From Longimicrobiales bacterium (lineage in GTDB: Bacteria; Gemmatimonadota; Gemmatimonadetes; Longimicrobiales; Gaopeijiaceae), in contig CBDBCF010000002.1 in the NCBI GenBank assembly GCA_965202985.1, positions 1-64,000 on the forward strand: 64,000 bases of DNA, in the 5' to 3' direction. How positions within the stretch are numbered: the stretch's first letter is position 1; each line of letters starts with the position of its first letter. Positions 39,388 to 49,142 of the stretch are shown piece by piece. The notes beneath the pieces are model-generated. The model was given only the letters and a program-made list of their open reading frames with translations. It was not told where the DNA came from and did no database searches. A program made the position numbers and the translations under genes.

Positions 39388-41025
39388 ATGCGATTCTTCA
39401 ACACGACAGGTCCGGTGGTGGCGGCCGACCACTACCTAATCCCGCCCCTCGACCGCGTGGACCTTGCCGAGCTCCGTCGGCTGATCGGGGAGAAGCGGTA
39501 CTTCGTGCTCTACGCGCCCCGGCAGACCGGCAAGACTTCGGCGCTCCTGGCGTTGCAGAGCTTGTTGAACGAAGAAGGCGACTACCGTTGCGTCTACGTA
39601 AACGTGGAGGGTGCGCAGGCCGCCCGAGAGGACGTGGGCCGCGTGGTCCGAGCCGTGCTGAGCGAGCTGGCTTCTCGAGCGGAAGACGGCCTCGGCGACG
39701 ATTCGCTCGAGGAAGTATGGCCGGAGGTTTTGGCCAAGCACGGTCCCGACGCGGGCTTGCGAGTGGCGCTGACGCGGTGGGCACGGGCCGTCCCCAAGCC
39801 GTTGGTGCTGCTGATCGACGAGATCGACGCCTTGGTGGGGGATTCGCTTCTGTCGGTGTTGCGGCAGTTGCGGGCGGGGTACGACATGCGTCCGGGCGGT
39901 TTTCCTCAGTGCGTGGTGCTGTGCGGGGTTCGGGACGTGCGGGACTACCGGATTCATTCGAGTTCGGCGAACACGCTGGTAGCGGGCGGGAGCGCGTTCA
40001 ACGTCAAGGCGAAGTCGCTGCGGCTGGGCGACTTTTGTCGAGACGAGGTGCGGGCGCTGCTGCGTCAGCACACGGAGGAGACGGGCCGGGCGTTTTCGGA
40101 GGAGGCGTTGGAAAGGGTGTGGGCGGAGACTCGGGGCCAGCCGTGGCTGGTGAACGCGCTGGCATACGCGATGTGCTTCGAGGGCGGGGACGGTGCGGGC
40201 CGTTCGCGGCGGGTCGAGGAGGCGGACGTTGTCGATGCGCGAGAGGCGTTGATCCGGCGTCGGGACACGCACTTGGACCAGTTGGCGGACAAGTTGCAGG
40301 AGGAGCGTGTGCGGCGGGTTGTGGAGCCGTTGCTGGCGGGTGGCGGGAAGACGAAGTTCGCGCCGCGCGACCTGGAGTACGCGCGGGACCTGGGGCTGGT
40401 GGCGAAGGACCTTCCGGTGCGCATCGCGAACCCGATCTACGGGGAGGTGGTGCCTCGGGAGCTGTCGTGGGAGCCGCAGGCGAACTTGGCGCAGGACCCG
40501 TCGTGGTACGTGAGCGAGTCGGGGGAGTTGGAGTTGGAGAAGTTGCTGGGGGCGTTCCAGGAGTTCTTCCGGGAGCATTCGGAGCACTGGGTGGAGCGGT
40601 TCCAGTACAAGGAGGCGGGGCCGCAGTTGCTGTTGCAGGCGTTCTTGCAGCGGGTGGTGAACAGCGGGGGTCGGATCGAGCGGGAGTACGGGCTGGGGCG
40701 GGGGCGGACGGACCTGCTGGTGCTGTGGCCGGCGGGCGGTGGTCGGGTAGGCGGGCGAGTCGGCCCGGCCGAGCGCGGGGGCGGGGCTGGGCCAAGCCCT
40801 CGGATGCGGAGGTACGTCGTGGAGTGCAAGGTGCTGCGCGCGGGGCTGGAGCGGGCGGTGGCGGAGGGGGTGGAGCAGACGGCGGGCTACATGGACGGAT
40901 GCGGGGCGGAGGCGGGGCACCTGGTGGTGTTCGACCGTCGGGAGGGGCGGAGCTGGGAAGAGAAGGTGTTCCGGCTGGACCGGACGGCCGAGAACGGAAC
41001 CGAGATCGCGGTCTGGGGCATGTAG
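39388..41025 (+). CDS. P-loop ATPase (AAA_35/STAND-like) + PD-(D/E)XK nuclease, copy 1 (545 aa)
   Basis: Walker [10 protein letters not shown], Walker [18 protein letters not shown]-terminal [14 protein letters not shown]...VECK. Confidence 0.85.
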   Translation: MRFFNTTGPVVAADHYLIPPLDRVDLAELRRLIGEKRYFVLYAPRQTGKTSALLALQSLLNEEGDYRCVYVNVEGAQAAREDVGRVVRAVLSELASRAEDGLGDDSLEEVWPEVLAKHGPDAGLRVALTRWARAVPKPLVLLIDEIDALVGDSLLSVLRQLRAGYDMRPGGFPQCVVLCGVRDVRDYRIHSSSANTLVAGGSAFNVKAKSLRLGDFCRDEVRALLRQHTEETGRAFSEEALERVWAETRGQPWLVNALAYAMCFEGGDGAGRSRRVEEADVVDAREALIRRRDTHLDQLADKLQEERVRRVVEPLLAGGGKTKFAPRDLEYARDLGLVAKDLPVRIANPIYGEVVPRELSWEPQANLAQDPSWYVSESGELELEKLLGAFQEFFREHSEHWVERFQYKEAGPQLLLQAFLQRVVNSGGRIEREYGLGRGRTDLLVLWPAGGGRVGGRVGPAERGGGAGPSPRMRRYVVECKVLRAGLERAVAEGVEQTAGYMDGCGAEAGHLVVFDRREGRSWEEKVFRLDRTAENGTEIAVWGM

Positions 41026-41036
41026 GAGGCGGACCC

Positions 41037-42671
41037 GTGCGATTCTTCAACACGACAGGTCCGGTGGTGGCGGCCGACCACTACCTAATCCCGCCCCTCG
41101 ACCGCGTGGACTTGGCCGAGCTCCGTCGGCTGATCGGGGAGAAGCGGTACTTCGTGCTCCATGCGCCCCGGCAGACGGGCAAGACCTCGGCGTTGCTGGC
41201 GCTGCAGAGCTTGCTGAACGACGAAGGCGACTACCGTTGCGTCTACGTGAACGTGGAGGCGGCGCAGGCGATGCGCGAGAACGTGCCGGCCGCGGCCGAG
41301 GTGATCCTGAGTCAATTGGCTCGCCGGGCAATGACCGGGGCGGGCGACGAGTTCCTGACTCGCGAGTGGCGGGGGATCCTCGACGAACACGGTGCCGGCG
41401 CAGTGGGAGAAGCCCTGGCCCAGTGGGCGGAGGCGTCCGACAAGCCGTTGGTGCTGCTGATCGACGAGATCGACGCCTTGGTGGGGGATTCGCTTCTGTC
41501 GGTGTTGCGGCAGTTGCGGGCGGGGTACGACATGCGTCCGGGCGGTTTTCCTCAGTGCGTGGTGCTGTGCGGGGTTCGGGACGTGCGGGACTACCGGATT
41601 CATTCGAGTTCGGCGAACACGCTGGTCGCGGGCGGGAGCGCGTTCAACGTCAAGGCGAAGTCTCTGCGGCTGGGCGACTTTTGTCGAGACGAGGTGCGGG
41701 CGCTGCTGCGTCAGCACACGGAGGAGACGGGCCGGGCGTTTTCGGAGGAAGCGTTGGAACGGGTGTGGACCGAGACTCGGGGCCAGCCGTGGCTGGTGAA
41801 CGCGCTGGCATACGCGATGTGCTTCGAGGGCGGGGATGGTGCGGGCCGTTCGCGGCGGGTCGAGGAGGCGGACGTTGTCGATGCGCGAGAGGCGTTGATC
41901 CGGCGTCGGGACACGCACTTGGACCAGTTGGCGGACAAGTTGCAGGAGGAGCGTGTGCGGCGGGTTGTGGAGCCGCTGCTGGCGGGTGGCGGGAAGACGA
42001 GGTTCGCGCCGCGCGACCTGGAGTACGCGCGGGACTTGGGGCTGGTGGCGAAGGACCTTCCGGTGCGCATCGCGAACCCGATCTACGGGGAGGTGGTGCC
42101 TCGGGAGCTGTCGTGGGAGCCGCAGGCGAACTTGGCGCAGGACCCGTCGTGGTACGTGAGCGAGTCGGGGGAGTTGGAGTTGGAGAAGTTGCTGGGGGCG
42201 TTCCAGGAGTTCTTCCGGGAGCATTCGGAGCACTGGGTGGAGCGGTTCCAGTACAAGGAGGCGGGGCCGCAGTTGCTGTTGCAGGCGTTCTTGCAGCGGG
42301 TGGTGAACAGCGGGGGTCGGATCGAGCGGGAGTACGGGCTGGGGCGGGGGCGGACGGACCTTCTGGTGCTGTGGCCGGCGGGCGGCGGTCGGTTAGGCGG
42401 GCGAGTCGGCCCGGCCGAGCGCGGGGACGGGGCTGGGCCAAGCCCCCGGATGCGGAGGTACGTCGTGGAGTGCAAGGTGCTGCGCGCGGGGCTGGAGCGG
42501 GCGGTGGCGGAGGGGGTGGAGCAGACGGCGGGCTACATGGACGGATGCGGGGCGGAGGCGGGGCACCTGGTGGTGTTCGACCGTCGGGAGGGGCGGAGCT
42601 GGGAAGAGAAGGTGTTCCGGCTGGACCGGACGGCCGAGAACGGAACCGAGATCGCCGTCTGGGGCATGTAG
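41037..42671 (+). CDS. ATPase + PD-(D/E)XK nuclease, copy 2 (544 aa)
   Basis: Same motifs; GTG start after TAGGAGG. Confidence 0.85.
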   Translation: MRFFNTTGPVVAADHYLIPPLDRVDLAELRRLIGEKRYFVLHAPRQTGKTSALLALQSLLNDEGDYRCVYVNVEAAQAMRENVPAAAEVILSQLARRAMTGAGDEFLTREWRGILDEHGAGAVGEALAQWAEASDKPLVLLIDEIDALVGDSLLSVLRQLRAGYDMRPGGFPQCVVLCGVRDVRDYRIHSSSANTLVAGGSAFNVKAKSLRLGDFCRDEVRALLRQHTEETGRAFSEEALERVWTETRGQPWLVNALAYAMCFEGGDGAGRSRRVEEADVVDAREALIRRRDTHLDQLADKLQEERVRRVVEPLLAGGGKTRFAPRDLEYARDLGLVAKDLPVRIANPIYGEVVPRELSWEPQANLAQDPSWYVSESGELELEKLLGAFQEFFREHSEHWVERFQYKEAGPQLLLQAFLQRVVNSGGRIEREYGLGRGRTDLLVLWPAGGGRLGGRVGPAERGDGAGPSPRMRRYVVECKVLRAGLERAVAEGVEQTAGYMDGCGAEAGHLVVFDRREGRSWEEKVFRLDRTAENGTEIAVWGM

Positions 42672-42682
42672 GAGGCGGACCC

Positions 42683-44314
42683 GTGCGATTCTTCAACACG
42701 ACAGGTCCGGTGGTGGCGGCCGACCACTACCTAATCCCGCCCCTCGACCGCGTGGACTTGGCCGAGCTCCGTCGGCTGATCGGGGAGAAGCGGTACTTCG
42801 TGCTCCATGCGCCCCGGCAGACGGGCAAGACCTCGGCGTTGCTGGCGCTGCAGAGCTTGCTGAACGACGAAGGCGACTACCGTTGCGTCTACGTGAACGT
42901 GGAGGCGGCGCAGGCATTTCGGGACGACATGGAACAGGCCTTGCGCGCGGTGCTGGCCGGCCTCGCGTCCCGTGCCCGCCGACTGGGCGACGACTTCTTG
43001 GCGAAGCAGTGGATCGACATCTTCGCGGACTATGGCCCCGGCGCGCTGGGCGAGGCGTTGCTTCGGTGGGCGGAGGCGTCCGACAAGCCGTTGGTGCTGC
43101 TGATCGACGAGATCGACGCCTTGGTGGGGGATTCGCTTCTGTCGGTGTTGCGGCAGTTGCGGGCGGGGTACGACATGCGTCCGGGCGGTTTTCCTCAGTG
43201 CGTGGTGCTGTGCGGGGTTCGGGACGTGCGGGACTACCGGATTCATTCGAGTTCGGCGAACACGCTGGTCGCGGGCGGGAGCGCGTTCAACGTCAAGGCG
43301 AAGTCGCTGCGGCTGGGCGACTTTTGTCGAGACGAGGTGCGGGCGCTGCTGCGTCAGCACACGGAGGAGACGGGCCGGGCGTTTTCGGAGGAGGCGTTGG
43401 AACGGGTGTGGACCGAGACTCGGGGCCAGCCGTGGCTGGTGAACGCGCTGGCATACGCGATGTGCTTCGAGGGCGGGGATGGTGCGGGCCGTTCGCGGCG
43501 GGTCGAGGAGGCGGACGTTGTCGATGCGCGAGAGGCGTTGATCCGGCGTCGGGACACGCACTTGGACCAGTTGGCGGACAAGTTGCAGGAGGAGCGCGTG
43601 CGGCGGGTTGTGGAGCCGTTGCTGGCGGGTGGCGGGAAGACGAGGTTCGCGCCGCGCGACCTGGAGTACGCGCGGGACCTGGGGCTGGTGGCGAAGGACC
43701 TTCCGGTGCGCATCGCGAACCCGATCTACGGGGAGGTGGTGCCTCGGGAGCTGTCGTGGGAGCCGCAGGCGAATTTGGCGCAGGACCCGTCGTGGTATGT
43801 GAGCGAGTCGGGGGAGTTGGAGTTGGAGAAGTTGCTGGGGGCGTTCCAGGAGTTCTTCCGGGAGCATTCGGAGTACTGGGTGGAGCGGTTCCAGTACAAG
43901 GAGGCGGGGCCGCAGCTGCTGTTGCAGGCGTTCTTGCAGCGAGTGGTGAACAGCGGGGGTCGGATCGAACGGGAGTACGGGCTGGGGCGGGGGCGGACGG
44001 ACCTTCTGGTGCTGTGGCCGGCGGGCGGTGGTCGGGTAGGCGGGCGAGTCGGCCCGGCCGAGCGCGGGGGCGGGGCTGGGCCAAGCCCTCGGATGCGGAG
44101 GTACGTCGTGGAGTGCAAGGTGCTGCGCGCGGGGCTGGAGCGGGCGGTGGCGGAGGGGGTGGAGCAGACGGCGGGCTACATGGACGGATGCGGGGCGGAG
44201 GCGGGGCACCTGGTGGTGTTCGACCGTCGGGAGGGGCGGAGCTGGGAAGAGAAGGTGTTCCGGCTGGACCGGACGGCCGAGAACGGAACCGAGATCGCCG
44301 TCTGGGGCATGTAG
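42683..44314 (+). CDS. ATPase + PD-(D/E)XK nuclease, copy 3 (543 aa)
   Basis: Same motifs; GTG start after TAGGAGG. Confidence 0.85.
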   Translation: MRFFNTTGPVVAADHYLIPPLDRVDLAELRRLIGEKRYFVLHAPRQTGKTSALLALQSLLNDEGDYRCVYVNVEAAQAFRDDMEQALRAVLAGLASRARRLGDDFLAKQWIDIFADYGPGALGEALLRWAEASDKPLVLLIDEIDALVGDSLLSVLRQLRAGYDMRPGGFPQCVVLCGVRDVRDYRIHSSSANTLVAGGSAFNVKAKSLRLGDFCRDEVRALLRQHTEETGRAFSEEALERVWTETRGQPWLVNALAYAMCFEGGDGAGRSRRVEEADVVDAREALIRRRDTHLDQLADKLQEERVRRVVEPLLAGGGKTRFAPRDLEYARDLGLVAKDLPVRIANPIYGEVVPRELSWEPQANLAQDPSWYVSESGELELEKLLGAFQEFFREHSEYWVERFQYKEAGPQLLLQAFLQRVVNSGGRIEREYGLGRGRTDLLVLWPAGGGRVGGRVGPAERGGGAGPSPRMRRYVVECKVLRAGLERAVAEGVEQTAGYMDGCGAEAGHLVVFDRREGRSWEEKVFRLDRTAENGTEIAVWGM

Positions 44315-44336
44315 CGAGAAAGACCCGCGTCCCCCT

Positions 44337-45710
44337 TTATTCCTCCCCCTCCAGCACGCGCGCCGGGCGCAACGCTTCTCGTCCGAACCGATCTCGCACC
44401 TGATCGGCGGCCCGCGCGATCCGGCGGTCCCGGTCCGACTCCGGGCCGAACGGCTTGCCCGGCCGACGAGGCCCCCTGCCGTCCCGCGCCGTCGCACCGT
44501 CGTCGTCGAACAGCTCCATCTGCCGGCCCGCGGCTTGCCGCACCAGGTTGCCGACCGCCACGCCCAGCAGCCGCACGCCGGTTCGTCGGCGATGGCGGAG
44601 TTCGCGAAGCAGGGAAGCGGCCACCTCGAACAGCCCCCGGTCGGTCTCCATGCCTTCGGGCTGCGTGCTGCCCGCCTGGCGCGTGCGGAAGTCGTGGTCG
44701 CGAACCTTGACGGTCACGGTGCGCGCGCGCAGCTCCTTGGCGCGAAGCTGGGCGCCCACCGAGCAGCAGAGGGCGAGAAGACGGCGCTCCAGCTCGTCGT
44801 CGTTGCCGATGTCCTGGAAGAAGGTCCTCTCGGTGCTGATCGACTTGCGACGGTCGCGGGCGTCCACCTCGCTGGGGTCGATCCCGCGCACGCGCTCCCA
44901 CAGCCAGTGCCCCCGAGTCGACCCGAACCAGCGCAGCAGCCACTTGCGCTCCACGGCGGCCGCGCCGGCCACGGTGCGAAGCCCCTTCGCCTCCAGCTGT
45001 CGCAGGAACGCGGGGCCGATCCCAGGCAGGTCCTGGAGCCGGAAGCCGGCCATGAACGCGGCTTCGTCGCCGGGAGGCACCACGTGGACGCCGTTGGGCT
45101 TCGCCAAGCGGGTGGCCACCTTGGCCACGAGCCGTTGCGTGCCGCCTCCCACCGACACTTCGATCTCTGTGCGCTCCCGGACCGCTCGCCGGATGCGGTC
45201 CGCCGTGTCGGCCAGCGCTTCGCCGGCCAGCATCCGTTCGGTGCCCGTCAGGTCCAGATAGAACTCGTCGATCGACGCGGCCTGCACCACGGGGGACAGG
45301 TCCCCCAGCGCAGCCCGGACCGTGCGGCTCCGCTCCACGCACGCGCCTCGCGGAACAGGCACGACCACGGCGTCCGGGCAAAGCCGGCGCGCGCGGGCCG
45401 TGGGCATCCCGGAGCGGACGCCGAACTCGCGGGCGGCATACGACGCGGAGGTGATCACGCCTCGGTTGCTGCGCCCGCCCACCAGCAGCAGGGATTCCTT
45501 TCCGGCGCCGTCGGGGTCCTCCAAGCGGGCGACCTGGACGAAGAACATGTCGCAGTCCACCAACAGGATGCGCCGCAGCCCGCCCGCCGGCAAAGGCGAC
45601 TCCTTCGCCTCGGACCGGCCTGCGGACTGGCCCGCGGGTTGGCTTGCCGACTGGCCCCGGGGCCCCGACGACGCCCCGGCGTCTTGCCAAGTGACCCGGT
45701 TTCTCGACAA
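44337..45710 (-). CDS. dinB: DNA polymerase IV
   Basis: [55 protein letters not shown] start after GGGGAGGG. Confidence 0.93.
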   Translation of the reverse strand: MSRNRVTWQDAGASSGPRGQSASQPAGQSAGRSEAKESPLPAGGLRRILLVDCDMFFVQVARLEDPDGAGKESLLLVGGRSNRGVITSASYAAREFGVRSGMPTARARRLCPDAVVVPVPRGACVERSRTVRAALGDLSPVVQAASIDEFYLDLTGTERMLAGEALADTADRIRRAVRERTEIEVSVGGGTQRLVAKVATRLAKPNGVHVVPPGDEAAFMAGFRLQDLPGIGPAFLRQLEAKGLRTVAGAAAVERKWLLRWFGSTRGHWLWERVRGIDPSEVDARDRRKSISTERTFFQDIGNDDELERRLLALCCSVGAQLRAKELRARTVTVKVRDHDFRTRQAGSTQPEGMETDRGLFEVAASLLRELRHRRRTGVRLLGVAVGNLVRQAAGRQMELFDDDGATARDGRGPRRPGKPFGPESDRDRRIARAADQVRDRFGREALRPARVLEGEE

Positions 45711-45788
45711 TGTTCCCTCCCCTTGGGCGCGACGCCGCTCGCGAAGTCGGCCTCGCGCCGCCACTCACGTTACAAGGAGACCCAACAC

Positions 45789-46406
45789 ATGGCCTACCCG
45801 TTCCAGCTGCCCGACCTGGCGTACCCCGCCGACTCCCTGGAGCCGCACATCGACGCCCGCACCATGGAGATTCACCACGGAAAGCACCACGCCGCCTACA
45901 CCGCCAACCTGAATGCCGCTGTCAAGGAGCACCCGGCCCTCCACGACAAGCCCGCCTGCGAGTTGCTGTCGGACTTGTCCGCCGTGCCGGAGTCGATTCG
46001 CGCCGCCGTCCGCAACAACGGGGGCGGCTTCCTGAACCACGACTTCTTCTGGAAGCTCATGGCGCCCGGAGGCCCGAGCGCGCCGCAGGGAGACTTGGCG
46101 GCCGCCATCGACGATGCCTTTGGAAGCTTCGACGCCTTCAAGAGCCGCTTTGCGGCCGCCGCGGCCACCCGCTTCGGCTCGGGCTGGGCTTGGCTGGCCG
46201 CAGGCTCCGGCGGGGCGCTAGAGGTGCTGTCCACGCCCAACCAGGACACGCCGGTCATGGAGGGCAAGTCGCCCGTCGTGGGGATCGACGTGTGGGAGCA
46301 CGCCTACTACCTGAACTACCAGAACCGGCGTCCCGACTACGTCGCCGCGTTCTGGAACGTGATCAACTGGACGGTGGCCGGGGAGAACTACGCCCGGGCC
46401 GTCTAG
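45789..46406 (+). CDS. sodA: Mn/Fe superoxide dismutase
   Basis: [35 protein letters not shown]. Confidence 0.95.
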   Translation: MAYPFQLPDLAYPADSLEPHIDARTMEIHHGKHHAAYTANLNAAVKEHPALHDKPACELLSDLSAVPESIRAAVRNNGGGFLNHDFFWKLMAPGGPSAPQGDLAAAIDDAFGSFDAFKSRFAAAAATRFGSGWAWLAAGSGGALEVLSTPNQDTPVMEGKSPVVGIDVWEHAYYLNYQNRRPDYVAAFWNVINWTVAGENYARAV

Positions 46407-46432
46407 CCCGCTCGGACCGCTGAACCTGTCCC

Positions 46433-47074
46433 ATGGACGATCTCGCCTTCGGGGTGATCGCGTTCACCTCGATGCTGGTGGTCTACAATCCGGTGAGCGC
46501 CATCCCCGTCTTCGTGGCCCTCACTATGGAGGATACGGACCACGAGCGCCGCGCCACCGCACTCTGGGGAGTGGTAACGTCGGTGCTGGTGCTCGTGGTC
46601 TTCGCCGCCGCGGGCACGTGGGTGCTGGTGTTCTTCGGCATCACGACCGAGGCGCTCCAGATCACGGCCGGCACGATCTTCTTCGGCATGGGCACCGACA
46701 TGCTGCAAGGCCGGCGCATCCGCACCAAGACCACGCGGCAGGAGCAGGACGAGTTCGCCGAGCGCGGCACCACGGCGATCATCCCCCTGGGGCTGCCGAC
46801 GCTGTCCGGTCCGGGCGCCATCGTGACCGCGATCACCCTGACGGGGCAGGCCGCCAACCCGGTGCAGACGGCGTCCGTTTACGTGGCGTTCGCGCTGGTC
46901 GGCGCCGTCACCTTTCCGCTGCTCGTGGTCGCGCCCGCCTTGCTGGGGGCGATGGGCCGAACGGGCCTCAACGTGGTGACCCGAATCATGGGGCTCATGA
47001 TCATGGTGGTGGGCGTGCAGTTCGTAATCACCGGCGTGGGAATCGCCGTGGGCTCTTGGGACTTCGGAAATTGA
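46433..47074 (+). CDS. MarC-family membrane protein
   Basis: NPVSAIPVF, IPLGLPTLSGPGAI, TRIMGL. Confidence 0.9.
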   Translation: MDDLAFGVIAFTSMLVVYNPVSAIPVFVALTMEDTDHERRATALWGVVTSVLVLVVFAAAGTWVLVFFGITTEALQITAGTIFFGMGTDMLQGRRIRTKTTRQEQDEFAERGTTAIIPLGLPTLSGPGAIVTAITLTGQAANPVQTASVYVAFALVGAVTFPLLVVAPALLGAMGRTGLNVVTRIMGLMIMVVGVQFVITGVGIAVGSWDFGN

Positions 47075-47077
47075 AAC

Positions 47078-47110
47078 TTGAAATCCGGTTGCCGTAAATG
47101 TATGTTTACG
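47078..47110 (+). promoter_or_regulatory. Putative sigma70 promoter with overlapping palindrome
   Basis: TTGAAA-N17-TATGTT; CGTAAA-N6-TTTACG (47093-47110). Confidence 0.5.
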
Positions 47111-47160
47111 AAGTGATCGGCTGTCGCGAAACGACGAGCACTCGTGTCGGGGAGACGAGA

Positions 47161-48012
47161 ATGAGGGCGAACGGGCTTCGGACGGGGAACGGGCTTCGGA
47201 GCGAAGGGAGTCGGGCCATCGGACGTGTGGCCGCGGAGGGTTGGATGCGCGGCAGCCTGCTTCGAGCGGCGACGGTCTTGCTGGCGACGGGCTTGTCCAC
47301 GGCGCCGGCGGTGTTGGACGCGCAAAGCCTGCGGGGCAGCTCGAACGCCATGCGAAGGCAACACAACCAGGCCATCGCCCACGACTACACCTTCCTCCGG
47401 AACTCCTCCCACGTGATGCGCTTCGTGGAGCTGGGCCTCCTGGTCCGCCTGCCGGGGAACGACAACTACCAGCTTCACGCGGTGTCGTTTCCCTACGCCC
47501 GCCAAGAGGTCAAGACCTTCGTGGAGCGGCTGTCGTCCCAGTACCGGCGCGCCTGCGGCGAGGTGCTGACGGTGACCAGCCTGACCCGCCCCAAGAGCCG
47601 CCAGCCGCGCAACTCGTCAAGGCTCTCGGTGCACCCGACGGGGATGGCCGTCGATCTGCGCCGGCCCTACTCCCGGGCCTGTCGCGCGTGGCTGGAAGAC
47701 GTGCTGTTGCAGTTGGAGGCGGCAGGCACGCTGGAGGCGACCCGGGAGCGTCGGCCGCCTCACTACCACATCGCCCTGTACCCGAGTCCCTACAAGCGGT
47801 ACGTGGCGCAGCTGGAGGCTCGAAAGAGGACCCAGGTCGCCCAAGCCCCGCCGTCCGTGGTCCGCTACCGAGTTCGCAACGGCGATTCGCTCTGGGAGAT
47901 CGCCCGCGCCTACGGAACCACGGTGGCCCGGCTCCGCGAGGCCAACAAGCTGCGAGATTCGCGCATTTATCCGGGACAGAGGCTGCAGGTTCCGGTTGCT
48001 TCCTCCAGCTAG
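47161..48012 (+). CDS. DUF5715-like (LAS-type peptidase-like) protein with C-terminal LysM
   Basis: VTSLTRP, SVHPTGMAVDL, PPHYHI; YRVRNGDSLWEIARAYGTTV..LREAN...IYPGQRL. Start uncertain. Confidence 0.8.
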   Translation: MRANGLRTGNGLRSEGSRAIGRVAAEGWMRGSLLRAATVLLATGLSTAPAVLDAQSLRGSSNAMRRQHNQAIAHDYTFLRNSSHVMRFVELGLLVRLPGNDNYQLHAVSFPYARQEVKTFVERLSSQYRRACGEVLTVTSLTRPKSRQPRNSSRLSVHPTGMAVDLRRPYSRACRAWLEDVLLQLEAAGTLEATRERRPPHYHIALYPSPYKRYVAQLEARKRTQVAQAPPSVVRYRVRNGDSLWEIARAYGTTVARLREANKLRDSRIYPGQRLQVPVASSS

Positions 48013-48055
48013 CGGGTCCGCCGCCGCCGGCGGACTGCCTTCGGGCGTCGAGCGA

Positions 48056-48787
48056 TTGGTCATTTCGATCGTCGTTCCCGTCTACAACGAGATCGCGACG
48101 GTGGAGCGGATCCTGGGACGGGTGGCCCGGTTGCCGCTTGCCAAGGAGGTGATCGTCGTGGACGACGGCTCCACCGACGGAACGCGGGGCCTGCTGGTTG
48201 AGCTCGAGGAGCGGGGCTTGGTGGACCGCCTCCTCCTGCACGACCGGAACCGGGGCAAGGGAGCGTCCCTGCGGACCGGGCTGGAGCAGGCGACGGGAGA
48301 CGTGGTCGTCGTTCAGGATGCGGACTTGGAGTACGACCCCCGAGACTTGCCGGCGCTTCTGGTTCCCATCGCGCGGGGCGAAGCGGATGCCGTGTTCGGT
48401 TCCCGCTTTCCGCACCCCTTGTACCGGGAGCGACCGACGCTGCACCTCGTCGCGAACAAGTTCTTGACGATGGCGAGCAACCTGTTCACGGGGCTCGGTC
48501 TGACGGACATGGAGACGTGCTACAAGGTCGTGCGCGCCGATCTCCTTCGGACTTTGCCGCTTCGTGCGAACCGCTTCGGGATTGAGCCGGAGATTGCGAG
48601 CCGGCTGGCCCAGGCGGGGGCCAGGGTAAGGGAGTTGCCCATCAGCTACCGGCCCAGGGGCAAGGGTGCCGGCAAGAAGATCGGATGGAAGGACGGCGTG
48701 GCCGCGCTCTGGTACATCGTGGCCTCCAGCGTTCTGGGTCCCAAGGCCCCGCGCTGGCGCCCCGGGGGGGGGGGGGGGGGGGGGTAA
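48056..48787 (+). CDS. GT2 glycosyltransferase (polyprenol-phosphate sugar synthase / DPM1-like)
   Basis: VVPVYNE, VDDGSTDGT, NRGKGA, QDADLEYDP, FGSRF, DMETCYK, FGIEPE, GKKIGWKDG. Confidence 0.9.
   Translation: MVISIVVPVYNEIATVERILGRVARLPLAKEVIVVDDGSTDGTRGLLVELEERGLVDRLLLHDRNRGKGASLRTGLEQATGDVVVVQDADLEYDPRDLPALLVPIARGEADAVFGSRFPHPLYRERPTLHLVANKFLTMASNLFTGLGLTDMETCYKVVRADLLRTLPLRANRFGIEPEIASRLAQAGARVRELPISYRPRGKGAGKKIGWKDGVAALWYIVASSVLGPKAPRWRPGGGGGGG
48764..48784 (+). repeat. G21 homopolymer immediately before the GT2 stop codon
   Basis: CCC GGGx7 TAA. Confidence 0.9.
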
Positions 48788-49142
48788 ACGCAGGGCGCGA
48801 CCGAGGGGCAGGGCCGGAGGGGGACGTAGCCGCACCGGGCCGGGAGTGCCGAGGCGAGGCCGGTGCGCACGCGGGGGCGCAGTTCGCCGACATGGGGGTG
48901 CCGAGGGAGGCGCAAACCGGATCCGGCGCGTGTGGCCGCGCGCGGTCCGAAGCCCGAAAGGTGCGTGTTTCCTTGCTTTCGGCGTCGGCTCCGGAGGCCT
49001 GAAGAAAGTCAGGCCGATCCAGCTATCCAAACGCCCCAATTTCGGACCGACATTGCTGTTCGTTGTCGAACTCGCTCCGGTCCGGCCCGCAAGGCGCGGG
49101 TAGCGGTCCGGGGCCGCCTCGCAGAGGAACGGCTCATGGGAC

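Larger units (their letters stand above)
39388..44314 (+). repeat. Three-copy direct tandem gene repeat, periods 1649 and 1646 bp
   Basis: Near-identical nucleotide sequence apart from one ~170-bp internal segment per copy. Confidence 0.97.

Noticed and set aside
39351..42671. 1106-aa and 1025-aa fused ORFs across the array copies
   Set aside because: The N-terminal halves are off-frame read-through of the previous copy; the real starts are GTG 41037 and 42683 with SD sequences.
39388..44314. Diversity-generating retroelement or shufflon as the source of the variable segment
   Set aside because: No reverse transcriptase, recombinase or inverted sites in the window; differences involve all four bases and codon indels, not adenine-specific changes.
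44337..45710. dinB as a dedicated mutator for the adjacent array
   Set aside because: Ordinary Pol IV in convergent orientation; adjacency alone is not evidence.
47171..47200. Short duplication aacgggcttcgga x2 (also cacttcaac x2 near 23104-23147)
   Set aside because: Only two short copies each; no supportable function.
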